Shown: positions 61,286-64,000 of the stretch, piece by piece
Layout of the letters: every line of letters starts with the position of its first letter
Position numbering within the stretch: the stretch's first letter is position 1
Source: an uncultured Planctomycetota bacterium
Lineage (GTDB): Bacteria > Planctomycetota > Planctomycetia > Isosphaerales > Isosphaeraceae
Length of the DNA stretch: 64,000 nucleotides
NCBI GenBank assembly: GCA_963737655.1
Contig: CAVTTN010000002.1
Coordinates: 4,576,001 to 4,640,000 of the forward strand
Reading direction: 5' to 3'
Position numbers and translations under genes: made by a program
The notes under the pieces: model-generated
What the model was told of the DNA's origin: nothing
The model's input: the letters and a program-made list of their open reading frames with translations, nothing else
The model's database searches: none

Positions 61286-61990
61286 TCAACCGAAGAACTT
61301 CGGCACGTTGACGTTGTAGAATTCGGCCTCGAGGTATTCCAGGAGCAGGGCCGTATCCAGGATCGCCAGGTCGTTGCCGGCGGAGGGGGACGTGCTGAAC
61401 GTCGGCGTGGGGCCGCCGTTGAGGCTGGAGATGAACGGGGTCACGGCCGTGACGACCTCGTCGATCGTCAGGGGGGAGGCGAAGGCGGAGCCCTCGGGCA
61501 CGATCGTCGAGTTCAGGAGGGTATTCAGGAAGCCCGAGTGGTAGGCCTCGACCAGGGCGATCGAGCCGGCCTCGGAGAGGAGCGTCTTGTCCAGGATATA
61601 AGGCAGGGCGCCGAGATAGGCGCCCACGCCCGTGTTCTCGAAGGTCTGGGCCATCACGGCGAACTCGTGATAGCTGGACGCTTCCAGGTTCTGGAACGTG
61701 GGCTTGGGCCGGGCGTTGGCGCCCAGGGCCTTGGCGATCGTGTCCACGTGGGTATTCTCGTCGGCCTGGATCTCCTTGAAGTTCCGCTCGTCCCACCGGG
61801 AATAGAGCTCGGGGAGCTTCTTGCCGAGGTTCGACTTCTTCTTGCCGGCGGCCAGGGCCGGGCGGGCCGAGACCAGGGCGGCGGCCGGGACGGCGATCGA
61901 GCCGGCCGCGACCGACCACGAGAGGAACGAGCGGCGCGAGGGGGCCTCGGGCGAGGCGTCGTCGGCCGGGCGGGTGCTGTCGAGGGACAT
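61286..61990 (-). CDS. Tat-exported ferritin-like (Ferritin_2-type) protein, circularly permuted
   Basis: SRRSFL Tat motif; DENTH, FENTGVGAYLGA, VEAYH; DLAILDTALLLEYLEAEFY at the C-terminus. Confidence 0.88.
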   Translation of the reverse strand: MSLDSTRPADDASPEAPSRRSFLSWSVAAGSIAVPAAALVSARPALAAGKKKSNLGKKLPELYSRWDERNFKEIQADENTHVDTIAKALGANARPKPTFQNLEASSYHEFAVMAQTFENTGVGAYLGALPYILDKTLLSEAGSIALVEAYHSGFLNTLLNSTIVPEGSAFASPLTIDEVVTAVTPFISSLNGGPTPTFSTSPSAGNDLAILDTALLLEYLEAEFYNVNVPKFFG

Positions 61991-62311
61991 GGTGCGAACT
62001 CTCCGGGGAAGACGGGCCGGCGAGGCCGGGCGGACGAAGCCCCGCCGATCGGTCGGGATCGGGTCTGCGCTGATCCGATGAACAAGAGTAGAAACGAAAC
62101 GATGAGAATCGACAAGGCCCGGGCCGGCCGCGATCGCAAAAAAACGAAGGCGGGCCGTCTGGGGGAAGGGGCGTCGTCTCTGGTACTCTCGAAAATGGAA
62201 GAATGGCGGCGACAGTGCGCGAACTTTTCGCCGCCGGCCGTCGAACTAGCGACCAGGGCCAATCCGCGCGAGGCGGGCGGGCCGATCGAGGACGAACCGG
62301 GGAGGCTTGCG

Positions 62312-64000
62312 TTGTTTGCCGGACCGATCATCGCGAGGGAAGTCCTGACCGCCCCGCGCCCCCTCCGTTTCTACGCCACTCGGGCGTCATTCGCCGGGCT
62401 CCTCTTCATCCTCATGTGGACCGCCTGGCAGGTGCTCGTCGGCTGGCGGGAGACGACCGAGATCGGCCTGGTCGCCCGCTTCGGCTCGATCCTCTTCGGG
62501 ATGTTCGTCTACCTCCAGCTCGCGCTCATGCTGTTCTTCGCCCCGTTGGCCGCGGCCACGGCCGTGGCCCATGAGAAGGACCGCCGGACGTTCGTCCTCT
62601 TGCTCATGACCGACCTCTCGGACCTGGAGATCGTCCTGGGGAAGCTCCTGGCCAGCCTCCTGCAGATCGGCACGCTGCTCCTGGCCGGCGCACCGGTGTA
62701 TTTCCTCTGCATCCTCCTGGGAGGGGTGGGGCCGACCCAGGTCCTGGAAGTCCTCGGGGTCACGGCGGCGGCCGGGCTGGCCGGCGGCTGTCTCGGGCTG
62801 CTAGTGGCCCTGGCCCGCGACCGGACGTTCCAATCCCTGGCGCTGACGGTCCTCCTGATCGTCCTGGGGATCGCCGGGATCGAGGCGTTCGGCGGCCTCG
62901 TCGGCGAGACGGTCTCGGGCGTGTCGATCCGGGCGGCCCTCAACCCATTCCGCGCGGCGGCCGAGATCCTCAGCCCGCCGAAGGCGTCCGGGTCGATCCC
63001 GCTGACGGGTCTGATCTTCTCCGGGGCTAGCGCCCTGGCCTCGGCCGGGCTGATCGGCCTGGGCGTCTGGAAGCTCCGCCAATGGAACCCGAGCAAGAAT
63101 GAGCCCCGAGACCCCGCCGACGAACCCGAGGAATCCAGCGAGGCGATCGTCTCGATCGTCGGGGCGGAGGCCGTCCCGGGCGACCTGACCGGTACGGGCC
63201 TGCGAGTCCCCCGCCGGGCCCATCGCCGGATCGCCCCGGCCGCCGGCTCCTATCGCCGTCCGTGGAACAACCCGATCCTCTGGCGGGAGCTCATGACCAA
63301 GGCCTACGGCTCCAAGCCGATCCTGATCAAGGCCGCCTACGTCCTGAGCTTCGCCCTGGGCGTCGCCTATTTCTACGCCAATCCCGACATGGAGGCCGAC
63401 CCCTGGAGGCCCGCCAAGGCGATCATCCCCCTCGCGGTCCTCAGCCTGATCCTGATCAACGCCCAGGGCGTGACCTCCTTGACCAGCGAGAGGGACACCG
63501 GCGCCCTGGACCTCCTCCTGGTCACCGAGCTCAGCCCCAAGGAATTCGTCTATGGCAAGCTCTACGGCGTCCTGTACAACACCAAGGAGATGCTCGCGCT
63601 GCCCGTCCTCCTGACGCTCTGGCTGGCGATCCGGGGGTACGTCAGCGGCGAGAATGCCGTGTTCCTGATCGTCGATTTCCTGCTCCTGGCCCACTTCGCG
63701 GCCATGCTGGGCATCCATGCCGCGATCACGTACACGAACAGTCGGGCGGCCGTCGCCCACAGCCTCGGCACCATCTTCTTCCTGATGGTCGGGATCGCCC
63801 TCTGCGCCTTCCTGATCCTCCAGAGCGACCGAGGGTTCGGCCGGCAGCTCCTGAGCTTCATGATCTTCATCGGGGCCGGCAGCGTGGCGCTGAACGGGTC
63901 TCTCGGCGCCAGGAACCCCTCGCAGGCGATCTTCATCGTCTCCCTGCTCACGCCGTTCTGGTCGTTCTACTGCGTGGTCAGCCTGATGGAGTCGGCGTTC
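62312..64000 (+). CDS. ABC-2-type transporter permease (two permease repeats); runs off the right edge
   Basis: Not in the ORF track. GGAGG + TTG, MFAGPIIAREVLTAPR..., EKDRRTF.LLLMT.LS..EIVLGKL, NPILWRE, ERDTGALDLLLVT.LSP.E...GKL. Confidence 0.9.
   Translation, partial: MFAGPIIAREVLTAPRPLRFYATRASFAGLLFILMWTAWQVLVGWRETTEIGLVARFGSILFGMFVYLQLALMLFFAPLAAATAVAHEKDRRTFVLLLMTDLSDLEIVLGKLLASLLQIGTLLLAGAPVYFLCILLGGVGPTQVLEVLGVTAAAGLAGGCLGLLVALARDRTFQSLALTVLLIVLGIAGIEAFGGLVGETVSGVSIRAALNPFRAAAEILSPPKASGSIPLTGLIFSGASALASAGLIGLGVWKLRQWNPSKNEPRDPADEPEESSEAIVSIVGAEAVPGDLTGTGLRVPRRAHRRIAPAAGSYRRPWNNPILWRELMTKAYGSKPILIKAAYVLSFALGVAYFYANPDMEADPWRPAKAIIPLAVLSLILINAQGVTSLTSERDTGALDLLLVTELSPKEFVYGKLYGVLYNTKEMLALPVLLTLWLAIRGYVSGENAVFLIVDFLLLAHFAAMLGIHAAITYTNSRAAVAHSLGTIFFLMVGIALCAFLILQSDRGFGRQLLSFMIFIGAGSVALNGSLGARNPSQAIFIVSLLTPFWSFYCVVSLMESAF

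Overview
A GC-rich bacterial chromosomal segment, most likely from a planctomycete (Isosphaeraceae-like). The evidence is a DUF1559 prepilin-type gene, a LEPR-XLL-type leader, a CRTAC1/ASPIC gene, a PEP-CTERM gene and several Ser/Thr kinases. About 40 CDS are supported: a System II cytochrome c biogenesis pair, three Ser/Thr kinases and an FHA-GAF-PP2C phosphatase, glycosyltransferases, a 2-oxoacid:ferredoxin oxidoreductase alpha/beta pair, dtd, asnB, a C-N hydrolase, pepA, two S41 proteins, an ECF sigma factor, an S53 protease, a pentaheme cytochrome/TPR plus CRTAC1 pair, a ferritin-like protein and an ABC permease. I saw no rRNA, tRNA, CRISPR array, integrase or transposase. At least ten genes are split by single-base indels, mostly in G/C runs, which probably reflects long-read error. 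The most notable observations are: (1) a stand-alone Fic protein whose C-terminus resembles the Vibrio effector VopS; (2) a Tat-exported, circularly permuted ferritin-like protein; (3) a signal-peptide ORF ending DRPPR-stop just upstream of the multiheme operon, a candidate arrest or sensor leader; (4) a C16 tract directly after a -35 box upstream of a low-GC DUF1559 islet; (5) a ~77-bp duplicate of the ctpA 3' end bracketing a PEP-CTERM islet; (6) an S41 protein lacking its catalytic residues; (7) five distinct REP/REPIN-like palindrome families. All family assignments come from motif recognition by eye, not database searches.
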